The notes: generated from the letters alone by a model not told the origin. A stretch of DNA of 64,000 nt from Acidimicrobiia bacterium (GCA_027494115.1 JAOSJL010000001.1:2661937-2725936); one strand, 5' to 3'. Positions 17,477 to 27,443 are shown, numbered from the stretch's first letter. A program made the numbers and translations.

Positions 17477-18122
17477 GGCTGAGACCGTCGGCGATCGTGA
17501 GAATGACGGACTCCACGCGGTCGTCCGCTTGGATCATGTCGTTGAAGGCCCGTAGCGCGCGGGTGTCGTCATCGTCGTCGGGTGCCGGATCTTGCGCGAC
17601 CAACCCGCTCCACAGGACGTTGTCGACGAGGATCACGCCACCGGGCTCCATCCGGGCGAGGATCTCCTCGTAGTAGTCGGCGTAGCCGGTCTTGTCGGCG
17701 TCGATGAACGCCAGATCGATCGGCTCGTCGGTCGGTAGAGCGCGCAACGTCTCGATGGCCGGGGCGATGCGCAGGTCGATCCGATCCGCCACTCCCGCCC
17801 TCTCCCAGGCACGGCGCGCGACCGACGTCCATTCCTCACTCACGTCGCACGCGACGATTCGACCCCCGTCGCCGACGCCACGCGCCAGTGCGAGCGTGGA
17901 GTAACCCGTGAAGGTCCCGACCTCCACGACGAGTCGGGCACCGAGCATCTGCGCCACCAGGGTCATGAACGCACCCTGTTCGGGTGCGATCTGCATTGTC
18001 GAGATGTCGCCGAGGGCGGCGGTCTCGGCGATCAGATCGCGTTGGATCTCATCGATCGGTGGCGCGTGTGCCAGCAGATACGTGTGGAGCTCGTCGGTGA
18101 GGAAGAAGGCCTTGGGAGTCAC
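17454..18122 (-). CDS. class I SAM-dependent O-methyltransferase (caffeoyl-CoA OMT-like, family 3)
   Basis: Track ORF 17454..18638 trimmed to GTG 18122 (VTPKAFFLTDELHTYLLAH...). VVEVGTFTGYSTLALA, AFIDADKTGY and VLVDNVLWSG motifs. Confidence 0.8.
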   Translation of the reverse strand: MTPKAFFLTDELHTYLLAHAPPIDEIQRDLIAETAALGDISTMQIAPEQGAFMTLVAQMLGARLVVEVGTFTGYSTLALARGVGDGGRIVACDVSEEWTSVARRAWERAGVADRIDLRIAPAIETLRALPTDEPIDLAFIDADKTGYADYYEEILARMEPGGVILVDNVLWSGLVAQDPAPDDDDDTRALRAFNDMIQADDRVESVILTIADGLSLIRRRGD

Positions 18123-18133
18123 CAGAAGGGGTG

Positions 18134-18601
18134 TTAGTCCAGGATGCCGGTCGGGTAGTCGATGCCCTGGTTGGCGAGGCACTCGGCGTAGCGCTCCGCC
18201 ATCGTCGGGGCATCCTCGACCATGAACGGTTGGTCGTCGTCGTCGAGCAGGACCATTCCGTTTTCGACCGTGAAGTAGATCAGCGCGGGCTCGGACTCGT
18301 CGGCGTCGACGACGAGGGTGTGGGTGGAACCGGCCGGCTCGTAGATGAACGAGCCCGGCTCGGCGATCCAGTCGTACTCCTTGTAGCGCCACCGACCCGA
18401 CAGCGTGTACGCGTGGACCGGTCCGAAGTGCTTGTGGCGCGGCAACTCCACACCGGGAGCGAAGCGGCTCAGGATCGTGTAGGAGCTCCCGTCGGCGGCG
18501 ATCCGCAACAACCTGATCTCGATCCCCTCCCAGAACAGGGCGAACGGGATGTCGGCCTCGCGGGCGACGCTCGTGGTCGTGTCGATCGTCGGTGCGGCCA
18601 T
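18134..18601 (-). CDS. cupin, 2,4'-dihydroxyacetophenone dioxygenase-family protein
   Basis: LPRHKHFGPVHAYTLSGRWRY...EPAGSTHTL cupin His motifs. A GGAGGAGG SD lies directly upstream of ATG 18601. Confidence 0.7.
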   Translation of the reverse strand: MAAPTIDTTTSVAREADIPFALFWEGIEIRLLRIAADGSSYTILSRFAPGVELPRHKHFGPVHAYTLSGRWRYKEYDWIAEPGSFIYEPAGSTHTLVVDADESEPALIYFTVENGMVLLDDDDQPFMVEDAPTMAERYAECLANQGIDYPTGILD

Positions 18602-18662
18602 GTCCTCCTCCGGAGTCGTCGAGTCGTGCAGCCGTCACGCTACCCGCGGCGGTCTCATCGGG

Positions 18663-19814
18663 TCAGGGGCGGTAGCCCTCGATCAAGGCTTTGGCGATCA
18701 GCTCTCGCTGCACTTCGTTCGCCCCTTCGCCGTATTCGAGGATCTTGCAGTCGCGGTAGTAGCGCTGCACAGGGCTATCGATCATGAACCCCTGAGCGCC
18801 GTGGAGGTGCATGGCCCGCTCGGCGATCCACGTCGCGGCTTCTGACGCCGTGAGTTTGGCGATCGACGCCTCGGTGTCGAAGTCGCGACCGTCGGCCATG
18901 GCGGCAGCGGCGCCGTAGACGAGAGCTCGCGCTGCGCTCAGCCGGGCAGCCATGTCGGCCAGGTTGAACCGAACGGCCTGCAGGGCGGCCAGGGGACCGC
19001 CGAACTGTTCGCGCCCCCATGACGTGGCTGACGGCGGCGTCGAGCGCGCCGCCGGCCAGGCCGACCGCGAGCGCCCCTCCGAACACGCGCCCCTTCGACA
19101 GGACGGTCAAGCACTCGCGAAAGCCGGTGTCCTCTTCTCCGACGAGCCGGTCGGCGGGAACGACGCAGCCGTCGAAGTGCAACTCCGCCAGCTCGGAGGG
19201 ATGCATGCCGACCTTGGCCATCGGGCTGCGCTCCAGTCCTGCGCTGTCGCCGTCGACGGCCAGCACGGACAATCCCCGGAGGCGACCCGCTTCGAGCGAG
19301 GTGCGGGCCACGACCAGGATGACGTCGGCGAAGGTGCCGTTCGTGATGTACATCTTCGATCCGTCGAGGACGTAGTGGTCGCCGTCGCGGCGGGCCGCGA
19401 GGCGGGCGCGGGTGACGTCTGCCCCGGCGTCGGGTTCCGCGTAGGCCCAGGCGCCGGTCTGCTCCCCGCCAGCAGGGAGGGCACGAATCGGTCGCGCAGG
19501 TCGGGCGCGGCGATCTCCGCGAGTGCACCGGCGGCCAGTGCGATGTGTACGTAGATCCCCAACGCCACACCGGCGGAGGCCTTGGCGATCTCTTCGATCA
19601 ACAGGCACCGCTCGATGGGTCCGCCACCCGAACCACCGTGGTCCTCGTCGAAGCCGACGCCGAGCCACCCGAGCTCCCCGAGCAGGGCGAACAGCTTGGT
19701 CGGGTAACGATCCTCGGCGTCCCAGGCGGTGGTGTGGGGGGCGATCTCGTCGGCGACGAAAGCGGTGACCTCGGCCCGGAAAGCTTCCTGGGTGTCGGTG
19801 AGCTCAATCACCAC
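18663..19814 (-). pseudogene. acyl-CoA dehydrogenase, two compensating frameshifts
   Basis: Three consecutive frames carry ACAD sequence: VIELTDTQEAFRAEV...PSLLAG | GEQTGAWAYAEPDAGADV...AVSHVMG | REQFGGPLAALQ...MAARL...QRYYRDCKILEYGEGANEVQRELIA. The indels sit at C-runs 19464-19467 (one base missing) and 19014-19018 (one base extra). Span is exactly 384 codons. Confidence 0.8.
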
Positions 19815-20582
19815 TGAACTCCGGGGAGCGCTTCTCCTGGAAGGCGACGACCCCTTCTCGATGATCGGCACTCTGGAGGCACTGGACCTGAGCGAAGATC
19901 TCGAACTCGAACTCGCCGTCCATGTCGGTGCCCAACGATCGGTGGATGGCCCGCTTGGTCCACAGGTGGGCGGCCGGCGGTCCCGCCGCGAGCCGGCGGG
20001 TCCACCGCGTGAGCTCATCGGTGAATGAGTCGGGTGTGACGACGCGGTGGACGAGGCCGATCTCCAGGGCCTCGTCGGCTTTGACCAGGCGGCCGGTGAA
20101 CATCAACTCGGTGGCGGTGCCGAGCCCGACGAGGCGAGGCAGAAACCATCCCGTTGACATGTCGCAGCCGGCCAGGCCGATGCGCGTGAAGGGCGCACCG
20201 AGACGGATTCCGTCGGCGGCGATGCGGATGTCGCACGCCATGGCCAGCCCGAGGCCGCCGCCCACGGTGTCGCCGTGGAGCGCGGCGACGACGGGCTTGT
20301 CCATCTCGACGATGGCACGGATCGGATCGAGGTAGCGGCGTACGATCTGTTCCCACTCCGCAGCGTCACGGGGCCGCATCTCGCCCTGGTCGGCTCCGGC
20401 GCAAAAGCCCTGCCTGCTCCGGCCAGGACCACGACACGGGCCGGCGACGTCGCCGCCTCGGCGAGTGCGTCGACCAGGCGCTCGACGGTGTCGAGCGTCA
20501 TGGTGTTGAGCGACTCGGGCCTGTTGAGCGTCACGGTGGCCACCCCTTCGGCCACCTCCACGAGCACGTCCTGGTCAGCCAT
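19804..20582 (-). pseudogene. enoyl-CoA hydratase/isomerase family protein, frameshifted
   Basis: MADQDVLVEVAEGVATVTLNRPESLNT...LAGAGRAF switches frame to CAGADQGEM...ALHGDTVGGGLGLAMACD. One T is missing in the TTTT run (A-run 20403-20406 on the + strand). A GGAGG SD precedes ATG 20582. Confidence 0.8.
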
Positions 20583-21648
20583 CGGTGCCTCCTCTGCTGC
20601 CTTCTCTGCTGCCTCCGCTGTGACCGCCGGGGGATTCCGCAGGGTCGATGACGGTGCGCGCCGGCCCGCCAGGCTCGGCGAGGAGACCCGGAACGTCTTC
20701 CAGACCGACGCGGCGAGAAACCGATTGGGAGACGTCGAGCCGGCCCCGGTCGATGAGTTCGACGACCGTGGCGATGTCGGCCAGGGTCGAGCCGAACGAG
20801 CCGGCCACCGTGAGCTCCATTCCGATGAATCGGATGATCGGCGGGAGCTGCGGCCGGTCGTGGCCCACGCCGACGACGACGAGCCGTCCGCCCGACGCGA
20901 GGCATTCGAGGCCGTACTCGACGGTGTCGGCACGGCCGACGAACTCGAAGGCGACCTGCGCGCCGCCGACGAGTTTTCGCAGGGCCCGGCCGGGCTGGTC
21001 GTGGGTGGACGGGTCGAAGACGTCGTCGGCACCGACGGCGAGTGCCACGTCTCGGGCCTCGGCCGACGGATCAGCGGCGACGATTCGGGCGGCGCCCATC
21101 ATGCGCGCCAGACCCACCGCGTGCAAGCCCAACCCACCCGCACCGATGACAACGACCGTCTCACCCGCCCGGAGCCGCCCGACGGTGGTGAGGGCGTGAA
21201 ACGGTGTGGCGATGGCGTCGGTGGCGATCGCGCCGATCGCCGGGTCGACGCTGTCGGGCAGAGCAACGAGACAGCGCGCGGGAACCGCCACGTAGTCGGC
21301 GAACCCACCCGGACGGGCCATCCCGAACCCGACCGGTCGGGCACAGCGGTTCTGGTGGCCACCCAGACAGGCTGCGCACGCCCCACAGACGACCTGGCCG
21401 TAGCAGACGACCGGGTCGCCCTCGGTCCATCCGTCCACACCGTCACCCAGCGCCGCGATGCGACCGGCGGTTTCGTGGCCGGGGATCGTGCCGTCGGGCA
21501 CTCCGAGCTCGCCCGCCACGAGATGCCGGTCGGTGCCGCACAGTCCGGCGGCGGCGACCTCCACGATCACCTCACCCGGTCCGGGGATCGGATCGGCCAC
21601 CTCGGTGAGCTCGAGGTTTCCCGGTCCGCGATAGACCAGCGCTCTCAC
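20575..21648 (-). CDS. zinc-dependent alcohol dehydrogenase (MDR family)
   Basis: Track ORF trimmed to GTG 21648 (VRALVYRGPGNLEL...), with a GGGAGG SD. GLCGTDRH, GHETAG, a CGACAAC structural-Zn cluster and the VIGAGGLG NAD motif. Confidence 0.85.
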   Translation of the reverse strand: MRALVYRGPGNLELTEVADPIPGPGEVIVEVAAAGLCGTDRHLVAGELGVPDGTIPGHETAGRIAALGDGVDGWTEGDPVVCYGQVVCGACAACLGGHQNRCARPVGFGMARPGGFADYVAVPARCLVALPDSVDPAIGAIATDAIATPFHALTTVGRLRAGETVVVIGAGGLGLHAVGLARMMGAARIVAADPSAEARDVALAVGADDVFDPSTHDQPGRALRKLVGGAQVAFEFVGRADTVEYGLECLASGGRLVVVGVGHDRPQLPPIIRFIGMELTVAGSFGSTLADIATVVELIDRGRLDVSQSVSRRVGLEDVPGLLAEPGGPARTVIDPAESPGGHSGGSREGSRGGTDG

Positions 21649-21697
21649 GTCCGCCTCCCGAAGGGAACCAACCGCGGCGAGGCGAGAATGGCGAGTG

Positions 21698-22849
21698 TCA
21701 CCGCAGGCCCAGATGGTGGGCGATGATGTTGCGCTGGATCTGGCTGGTCCCCCCGCCCAGTTCGCAGCCCCGCGCCTCGAGGAAGCGGCGCATGAACGGC
21801 GACTCGGACTCGTAGCCGAAGGCGCCGGCGGTCTGGAGCGCCCGTTCCGAGGCACGCACGGCCACGTTGTTGGCGAACGTCTTGGCCATGGACACTTCGA
21901 GGGGGCAGGAACCCTCCACGTCGCGTTTGTGCGCCGCGGCGTAGACCAGCAGCCGCGCCGCGGCGATCTCGGTGTACGACTCCGCGAGCGGATGGGACAC
22001 GGCCTGGAACCGTCCGATCGGTTCTCCGTACTGCTCACGCTCCCGGGCGTACTCGATCGCCAGGTCGATCGCGGCCTGCGCCACACCGACAGCCTGAGCG
22101 GCATTCGCCAACCGCTCGGGATCCATGAGCCGGGAGAGGTTCTTCCAGCCCTCGCCCTCGCCGCCCAGCATCGCGTCGTCGTGCACCTCGACGCCTTCGA
22201 GGTGCACGTCGTCGACCATCAGCCCCCGCATCGCCGGGAACCGGCGGCGCTCGAAACTCAGGCCCTCGGTTCCCGCTTCGACGAGGAACAGGCTGATGCC
22301 ACGCCGGCGCGACTCGGCGTCGGTCGAGGTGCGCGCGGCGCAGATGATGACCTCGGCCCGCTCCGCTCCACTGATCGGGCCCTTCAGACCGTCGAGACGC
22401 CAACGCTCCCCGTCGAGCCTGCTCGCCCGGGTGGTCATGGCCGCGAAGTCCGAGCCGGCGCCCGGTTCGGACATGGCCAGCGCGAAGCGGGCGTCGCCGC
22501 TCACCACCGCCGGAAGGTACCGGTCGCGCTGATCCTTCGAACCGCAGATCTCCAGGGCGTGGGATCCGAAGATCGTTCCCGTGATGTACAGAGTGGCGAG
22601 TGAGATGGAGGTCTTGCCGACCTCTTCCACGAACACGCACAGATCCATGACGCTGCCGCCGCGACCGCCGTACTCGGTAGGGACGGGGATCCCGTTCCAG
22701 CCGCGCTTCGCACACTCCTGGTAGAAGTCGTCGGGATACTCCTCGTTGCGCTCCATGGCTGCGACCCGTTCGGGGGGCCAGGCCTGGTCGAGCCAGGATC
22801 GGACCTCCCCACGCAGCTCGATCTGTTCGGCGGTGAGGTACACATCCAT
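21698..22849 (-). CDS. acyl-CoA dehydrogenase
   Basis: Track ORF trimmed to ATG 22849 (MDVYLTAEQIELRGEV...). AMSEPGAGSD and a C-terminal GGTSQIQRNIIAHHLGL. Confidence 0.85.
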   Translation of the reverse strand: MDVYLTAEQIELRGEVRSWLDQAWPPERVAAMERNEEYPDDFYQECAKRGWNGIPVPTEYGGRGGSVMDLCVFVEEVGKTSISLATLYITGTIFGSHALEICGSKDQRDRYLPAVVSGDARFALAMSEPGAGSDFAAMTTRASRLDGERWRLDGLKGPISGAERAEVIICAARTSTDAESRRRGISLFLVEAGTEGLSFERRRFPAMRGLMVDDVHLEGVEVHDDAMLGGEGEGWKNLSRLMDPERLANAAQAVGVAQAAIDLAIEYAREREQYGEPIGRFQAVSHPLAESYTEIAAARLLVYAAAHKRDVEGSCPLEVSMAKTFANNVAVRASERALQTAGAFGYESESPFMRRFLEARGCELGGGTSQIQRNIIAHHLGLR

Positions 22850-22850
22850 C

Positions 22851-23642
22851 TCAGATCCCCTTGAATCTCGGAGGTCGGCGCGCCTGGAAAGCTTCCAGGC
22901 CTTCGCGGAAGTCTGCCGACGTGATGGCATCGGCCTGGATGTCGGCTTCGAGGTCGAGTTGCTCCTCGAGCGAGCGGCCCTCGATGCCCGCCAGGGCGCG
23001 TTTCGTGCCACGGACGGCGCCCGGAGCAAGACCGGCGAGGCGGTCGCCGAACGCGTTGACGGCCGCGTCGAAGCCGTCGGCGTCGACCACCTCGTTGACC
23101 AACCCGGCCTCGAGCGCTTCCCCGGCGTCGAACACGTGGCCGAGAGACAGGATCTCCATGGCCCGCGGAACACCCACGAGACGGCTCAGCCACCAGGTCG
23201 CTCCCGTATCGGCACCGCTGAGTCCGAGACGGGAGAACACGAATCCGAGCCGCGCGCCGTGGGCCATGATCCGGAAGTCAGTGGACAGGGCGACCGCGGC
23301 CCCACCGCCGTATGCGTCACCGTGCAGCGCGGCAACCGTCGGTACCGACAGACCGGCCAGGGCGAGAATCCCCGTGTTGGCGTTGCGGAGCTCGGCGACC
23401 GCGTGATCGCGGTCACCGTCGAGGAGCTCCCGGAGAGTCTCGAAATCGCCGCCGGTCGAGAACGCCTTGCCCTCACCGGCCACCACCAGCGCGCGGGCAG
23501 CCGGGTCGGCCGCCACGGCGTCGCAGGCTGCGACCATCTCGCGAAACGCCTGACTGTTCAAGGCGTTGCGCACCTCGGGTCGGCGGATGGTGAGCGTGTA
23601 CACGCCTCGACTGTCGGACGCGAGGACCAGCAGGTCACCCAT
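22851..23642 (-). CDS. enoyl-CoA hydratase/isomerase family protein
   Basis: VVAGEGKAFSTGGD and ALHGDAYGGGAAVALSTD crotonase motifs. 263 aa. Confidence 0.85.
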   Translation of the reverse strand: MGDLLVLASDSRGVYTLTIRRPEVRNALNSQAFREMVAACDAVAADPAARALVVAGEGKAFSTGGDFETLRELLDGDRDHAVAELRNANTGILALAGLSVPTVAALHGDAYGGGAAVALSTDFRIMAHGARLGFVFSRLGLSGADTGATWWLSRLVGVPRAMEILSLGHVFDAGEALEAGLVNEVVDADGFDAAVNAFGDRLAGLAPGAVRGTKRALAGIEGRSLEEQLDLEADIQADAITSADFREGLEAFQARRPPRFKGI

Positions 23643-23695
23643 CGGTGCCGGTCCGCTGTTCCGTGTCCACTGTCGCGTGGTCCGTCATCGCCGGC

Positions 23696-24550
23696 TCAGA
23701 CGCCGATCTTGAAGACCGACGCGGCGTTGTCGCGCAGGATCTTGCGGGTCGCCTCGGCCGAGAACCCACAGTCGTAGACGTCATCGACGGTGCGGTCGAA
23801 GGGCAGCAGTGGGTAGTCGGTGGCCCAGATGACCTTGTCCCGGCCGTAGCCGCCGGCGAACTCCCGCAGCTCCTCCGACCAGCGACGAGCGGGCCGCGCC
23901 GACGTCTCGACGTAGACATTCGGATGCTTCCACGCCAGGATCATCATCTCGTCGGCCCAGGGATCGCCGACATGGGTGCCCAGGATCTTCAGATCCGGGA
24001 AGGTGAGCGCCACCTCGTCGAGGTAGATCGGCCGCCCGCATTCGGACGGCAGCAGTGGGCCGGTGTGGCCGACCTGCAACGCAACGGGGATGTCGTATTC
24101 GCAGCACGCCACATAGAACGGCCAGTACATGCGGTGGGTCGGGGGCGGGGCGGTGGCACGTCCGTCGCCGTACTGATACGGCTCGAGACGAAACACACGC
24201 ATGCCCAGATCCTCCACACAGCGGCGGTACTCGCGCATGGCCGGCATGGGGTCGCGGATGTCGACCGTGAAGCTGCCGATGAACCGCTCGGGTGCCTCGG
24301 CCACGAACGCAGCGGTCTCGTCGTTGTCGACCACCCACGTGTCGAGGAACTTGAACGACGATGCCACCCCCATCTCCACGCCGGCAGCGTCCATCTCACC
24401 GATGACCTGATCGAGGGTGAACCCGGCCCGGAAACGCTCCTCGACGCCGTACTTGCGGAAGATGTGCCAGAACGGTTCGGGCCAGCGATCCGCGGTGCCG
24501 GGCGGCACGATGGTCATCCAGGCGTCGATCGCTCCCACACGTTCACTCAT
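23696..24550 (-). CDS. amidohydrolase-2 family protein (ACMSD/decarboxylase-hydratase-like)
   Basis: AIDAW..., VALQVGHTG, LKILGTHVGDPW and VIWATDYP motifs are typical of metal-dependent amidohydrolase_2 TIM barrels. Confidence 0.75.
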   Translation of the reverse strand: MSERVGAIDAWMTIVPPGTADRWPEPFWHIFRKYGVEERFRAGFTLDQVIGEMDAAGVEMGVASSFKFLDTWVVDNDETAAFVAEAPERFIGSFTVDIRDPMPAMREYRRCVEDLGMRVFRLEPYQYGDGRATAPPPTHRMYWPFYVACCEYDIPVALQVGHTGPLLPSECGRPIYLDEVALTFPDLKILGTHVGDPWADEMMILAWKHPNVYVETSARPARRWSEELREFAGGYGRDKVIWATDYPLLPFDRTVDDVYDCGFSAEATRKILRDNAASVFKIGV

Positions 24551-24582
24551 CGCATGCTCCTGACGTGCTCCTCACGATTTCT

Positions 24583-25746
24583 TCACACTGTGACGAGCTG
24601 GCGCGAGATGATCTCGCGCATGATCTCCGACGTACCCGCACCGATGGAGAAGCCGGCCACGTCGCGGTAGTAGCGCGGGATCGGTGACTCCTCCATCTGC
24701 CCGAATCCACCATGCAGTTGCAGGACCTCCGCCGCCACGCGCTGGGCGTTCTCCGCCGCTGCGAGCTTCGCCATCGACACCGCCATCTCTCCCGACGGGT
24801 CGCCACGACTCAACAGGTCCGCGGCGTGGTAGGTGAGCTGGCGAGTCGACTCGAGGCGGGTGGCCATCTCGGCGAACCGGTGTCTCCAGGTCTGAAAACC
24901 CGCCAGAGTCTTGCCGAACACCTGGCGGTCCGAAGCCTGGTCGAGACCGAGCTCGATGAGGCGCTCCATGACTCCGACGGCGAACGCGGCGATCACCAAC
25001 CGCTCGCCGGCGAAGTGCGACAGGATGTAGTGGATTCCCCGACCCTCGTCGCCGACGAGATTCGACGCGGGAATGCGACAGTCGTCGAAGAACAACTCCC
25101 CGGTGTCCGACGCCCGAGCGCCCAGCTTGTCGAGCTTTCGACCCACGGCGAACCCCGGCGTGTCGGTCGGGAAGACGACCAGCGAGATGCCGCCGGAGCC
25201 CTCGCCGCCGGTTCTGACCGCCAGCGTGATGAAGTCGGCGCGTGTGCCGTTGGAGATGAACGTCTTGTGGCCCGAGATCACATACTCGTCGTGGTCGCGG
25301 ATCGCCTGCGTCGAGATGGCCGCGACGTCGGAGCCCGCGTTCGGTTCGGTCACGCCGATGGCACCGATCAGCTCGCCGCGGATCGCCGGCGCCAGCCACG
25401 CCTCTTTCAACTCGTCGGAGGCCTCGTCGGCCAACGCGGACAGAGCGAACTCCGCCTGTGCCATCAGCGCCACCGCAGTGCCGATGGAGTCGCCCTTGGC
25501 GAGCTCCTCGCAGAGCACGACCGTGGCGAAGTAGTCCTGGTCGCTGCCTCCCCATCGCGGGTCATAGCGCAGCCCCAGAAACCCGGCTGCGCCCGCCGTC
25601 GAGTACAGCTCGCGGGGAACCTCGCCGGAGCGCTCCCAGGCCGTGGCGTTCGGGCGGATCTCCCGCTCCACGAAACTGCGCACAGCGGAGCGGAACTCCT
25701 CGTGCTCCGACGAGAGGTGAACGGACGGCTGCCTCGGATAGTCCAC
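24583..25746 (-). CDS. acyl-CoA dehydrogenase
   Basis: Track ORF 24583..26334 trimmed to GTG 25746 (VDYPRQPSVHLSSEHEEFRSAV...). GVTEPNAGSD and GAGTSEIMREIISRQL. The start abuts the palindrome at 25748, so the transcript may be leaderless. Confidence 0.8.
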   Translation of the reverse strand: MDYPRQPSVHLSSEHEEFRSAVRSFVEREIRPNATAWERSGEVPRELYSTAGAAGFLGLRYDPRWGGSDQDYFATVVLCEELAKGDSIGTAVALMAQAEFALSALADEASDELKEAWLAPAIRGELIGAIGVTEPNAGSDVAAISTQAIRDHDEYVISGHKTFISNGTRADFITLAVRTGGEGSGGISLVVFPTDTPGFAVGRKLDKLGARASDTGELFFDDCRIPASNLVGDEGRGIHYILSHFAGERLVIAAFAVGVMERLIELGLDQASDRQVFGKTLAGFQTWRHRFAEMATRLESTRQLTYHAADLLSRGDPSGEMAVSMAKLAAAENAQRVAAEVLQLHGGFGQMEESPIPRYYRDVAGFSIGAGTSEIMREIISRQLVTV

Positions 25747-25747
25747 G

Positions 25748-25774
25748 ACTGACCAATCTAGCTGGCTGGTCAGT
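25748..25774. promoter_or_regulatory. Inverted repeat in the ACAD/TetR divergent spacer (candidate TetR operator)
   Basis: ACTGACCA-N11-TGGTCAGT has perfect 8-bp arms around a CTAG-centred spacer. It lies in the 54-bp gap between GTG 25746 (-) and ATG 25801 (+). Confidence 0.5.
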
Positions 25775-25800
25775 TGTTCGGCAACCGGTACACTGAGGCC

Positions 25801-26403
25801 ATGGCCCCGACATCCACCGCCACACTCGACAGCGAACCCCGCCGGCGGCTGATCGCCGCGGCCGAGGCCCGATTCCGCCGATTCGGCTACCGCCGCACGA
25901 CCGTGGAAGACATCACCGCAGAGGCCGAGACCGGCAAGGGAAGCCTCTACCTGCACTTCGACTCGAAACAGGACGTCTATCTGGCCGTCGTGTCGGAATC
26001 CCTGGAGCGGTTCGTCCGGCGCGCCTCCGAGGTCCTGGAAGGCCACGACAGTGTGCCACTCCGACTCGCCGCGCTCGTCGAGGCCACCGCGCATCACTAC
26101 GGCGAGGACGAGCTGCTGCGCGCGTCGTTGTTGGGACACGGAGAGCTCGTCGAAGGGCGCGTTGCGGAGCTCGCGGCCGAGATCCAACGCGACCGAATCC
26201 GGTCGCTCCTGGCCATGGTGCTCCTGGAGGGCCAGGAGGCCGAAACCATCCGCGGCGACCTCGACGCCGAGACGACAGCCTCGGTGCTCTTCGAGATGGG
26301 CTGGGCCATCGTGCGCGCCGAGCTCGAGGGCCACAGCGATCTACCTCTGGAGCTGGCGCTGCGGACGCTCAACGACGTCGTCGGCCGCGGCGTACTCGCC
26401 TAG
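25801..26403 (+). CDS. TetR/AcrR family transcriptional regulator
   Basis: N-terminal HTH RRTTVEDITAEAETGKGSLYLHFDSKQDV. ATG 25801 is preferred over the TTG at 25774. Confidence 0.85.
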   Translation: MAPTSTATLDSEPRRRLIAAAEARFRRFGYRRTTVEDITAEAETGKGSLYLHFDSKQDVYLAVVSESLERFVRRASEVLEGHDSVPLRLAALVEATAHHYGEDELLRASLLGHGELVEGRVAELAAEIQRDRIRSLLAMVLLEGQEAETIRGDLDAETTASVLFEMGWAIVRAELEGHSDLPLELALRTLNDVVGRGVLA

Positions 26404-27368
26404 CGAGCGTTCCCCGCGTGTGGGCGGGCGGCGCAGACCCCCGGAGACACCGCCGGGCGGAAACGGAACAGTCCCCGATAGTGGTCGTGCCACCAGTCGA
26501 AGAAGTCACCCGGGTCGTGACCCTCGACCATCCACCGGTAGTGCTCGTCGAAGATCGGGCGGGCCGAGGCCACGTCTGTCGCGCTGAACGCCCGGCCGTC
26601 GTAGCCGGCGACCTCTGCAGCGCCGAAGGTCCACGATCCGGCGTTCACGTACTGACGGCCGTCGAGATCCACGACTCCGGGGAGGTGGGTGTGACCACAC
26701 ACAACCGTGCGATAGTCGCTGTCGGCGAGGAATGTTCGGACGGGCTCGAAGAACGAGTTCGGGTCACCCCACACCGCTCGTGACCAGTGGGCGATGAACT
26801 CCTCACCCCGCCCTCGGCGGCGGAGCTGACGGGCGAAACGGTGGCCGAGCCAGTGCATGACCCGGTTCTGCCAGGTGTCGTGGTCCTGGACCGGAACGCG
26901 GAAATGAAAGCGTGCGACGCGCTCGAAGAAGCTGTGCGCGGCCATGGCAACGAAGTAGGCCCACCTGTCGATGTGGACCGTGTCATCGAGAGCGTGGCCG
27001 TGCCACACCAGCGCGTCACCGATCTCGATCCGCTCGGCCATCTCGGCGCCGTGAAACAGCTGGCCGTAGTCGACTCGCCAGTCGTGATTGCCCCGGATGA
27101 ACACGACCCGGGTCTGCGTGGTGAGCCAGTCGATCGTGCGCATGACCTCAGGGTGTGCGGTGGTGATGCGACGCAGACGTAGCCCCTGCGGTAGGTCGAA
27201 GGCATCACCCATGAACACGACTGACTCGCAATCGGTGGCGCATCGCCGGAGGAAATGAACCAGCCGAGTGTCATTGCCACAGAAGATGTCGCTTCGACCG
27301 CCGTCGCCCAGGTGCACGTCACCCACGAAGGCCGTCACCGTGTCGGCCGGCAACCTCAGCATGCTCAC
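26400..27368 (-). CDS. calcineurin-like metallophosphoesterase (LpxH-like architecture)
   Basis: All five motifs are present: GDVHLG, GDAFD, GNHD, WHGH, GHTH. 322 aa. Confidence 0.8.
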   Translation of the reverse strand: MSMLRLPADTVTAFVGDVHLGDGGRSDIFCGNDTRLVHFLRRCATDCESVVFMGDAFDLPQGLRLRRITTAHPEVMRTIDWLTTQTRVVFIRGNHDWRVDYGQLFHGAEMAERIEIGDALVWHGHALDDTVHIDRWAYFVAMAAHSFFERVARFHFRVPVQDHDTWQNRVMHWLGHRFARQLRRRGRGEEFIAHWSRAVWGDPNSFFEPVRTFLADSDYRTVVCGHTHLPGVVDLDGRQYVNAGSWTFGAAEVAGYDGRAFSATDVASARPIFDEHYRWMVEGHDPGDFFDWWHDHYRGLFRFRPAVSPGVCAARPHAGNAR

Positions 27369-27443
27369 CTCTCGGGTTGCCCGGACATTCCTTTCGAGGT
27401 GACCAGACTACGAATCCAGTCAGTCTTGGGCAACTCACCCCCC

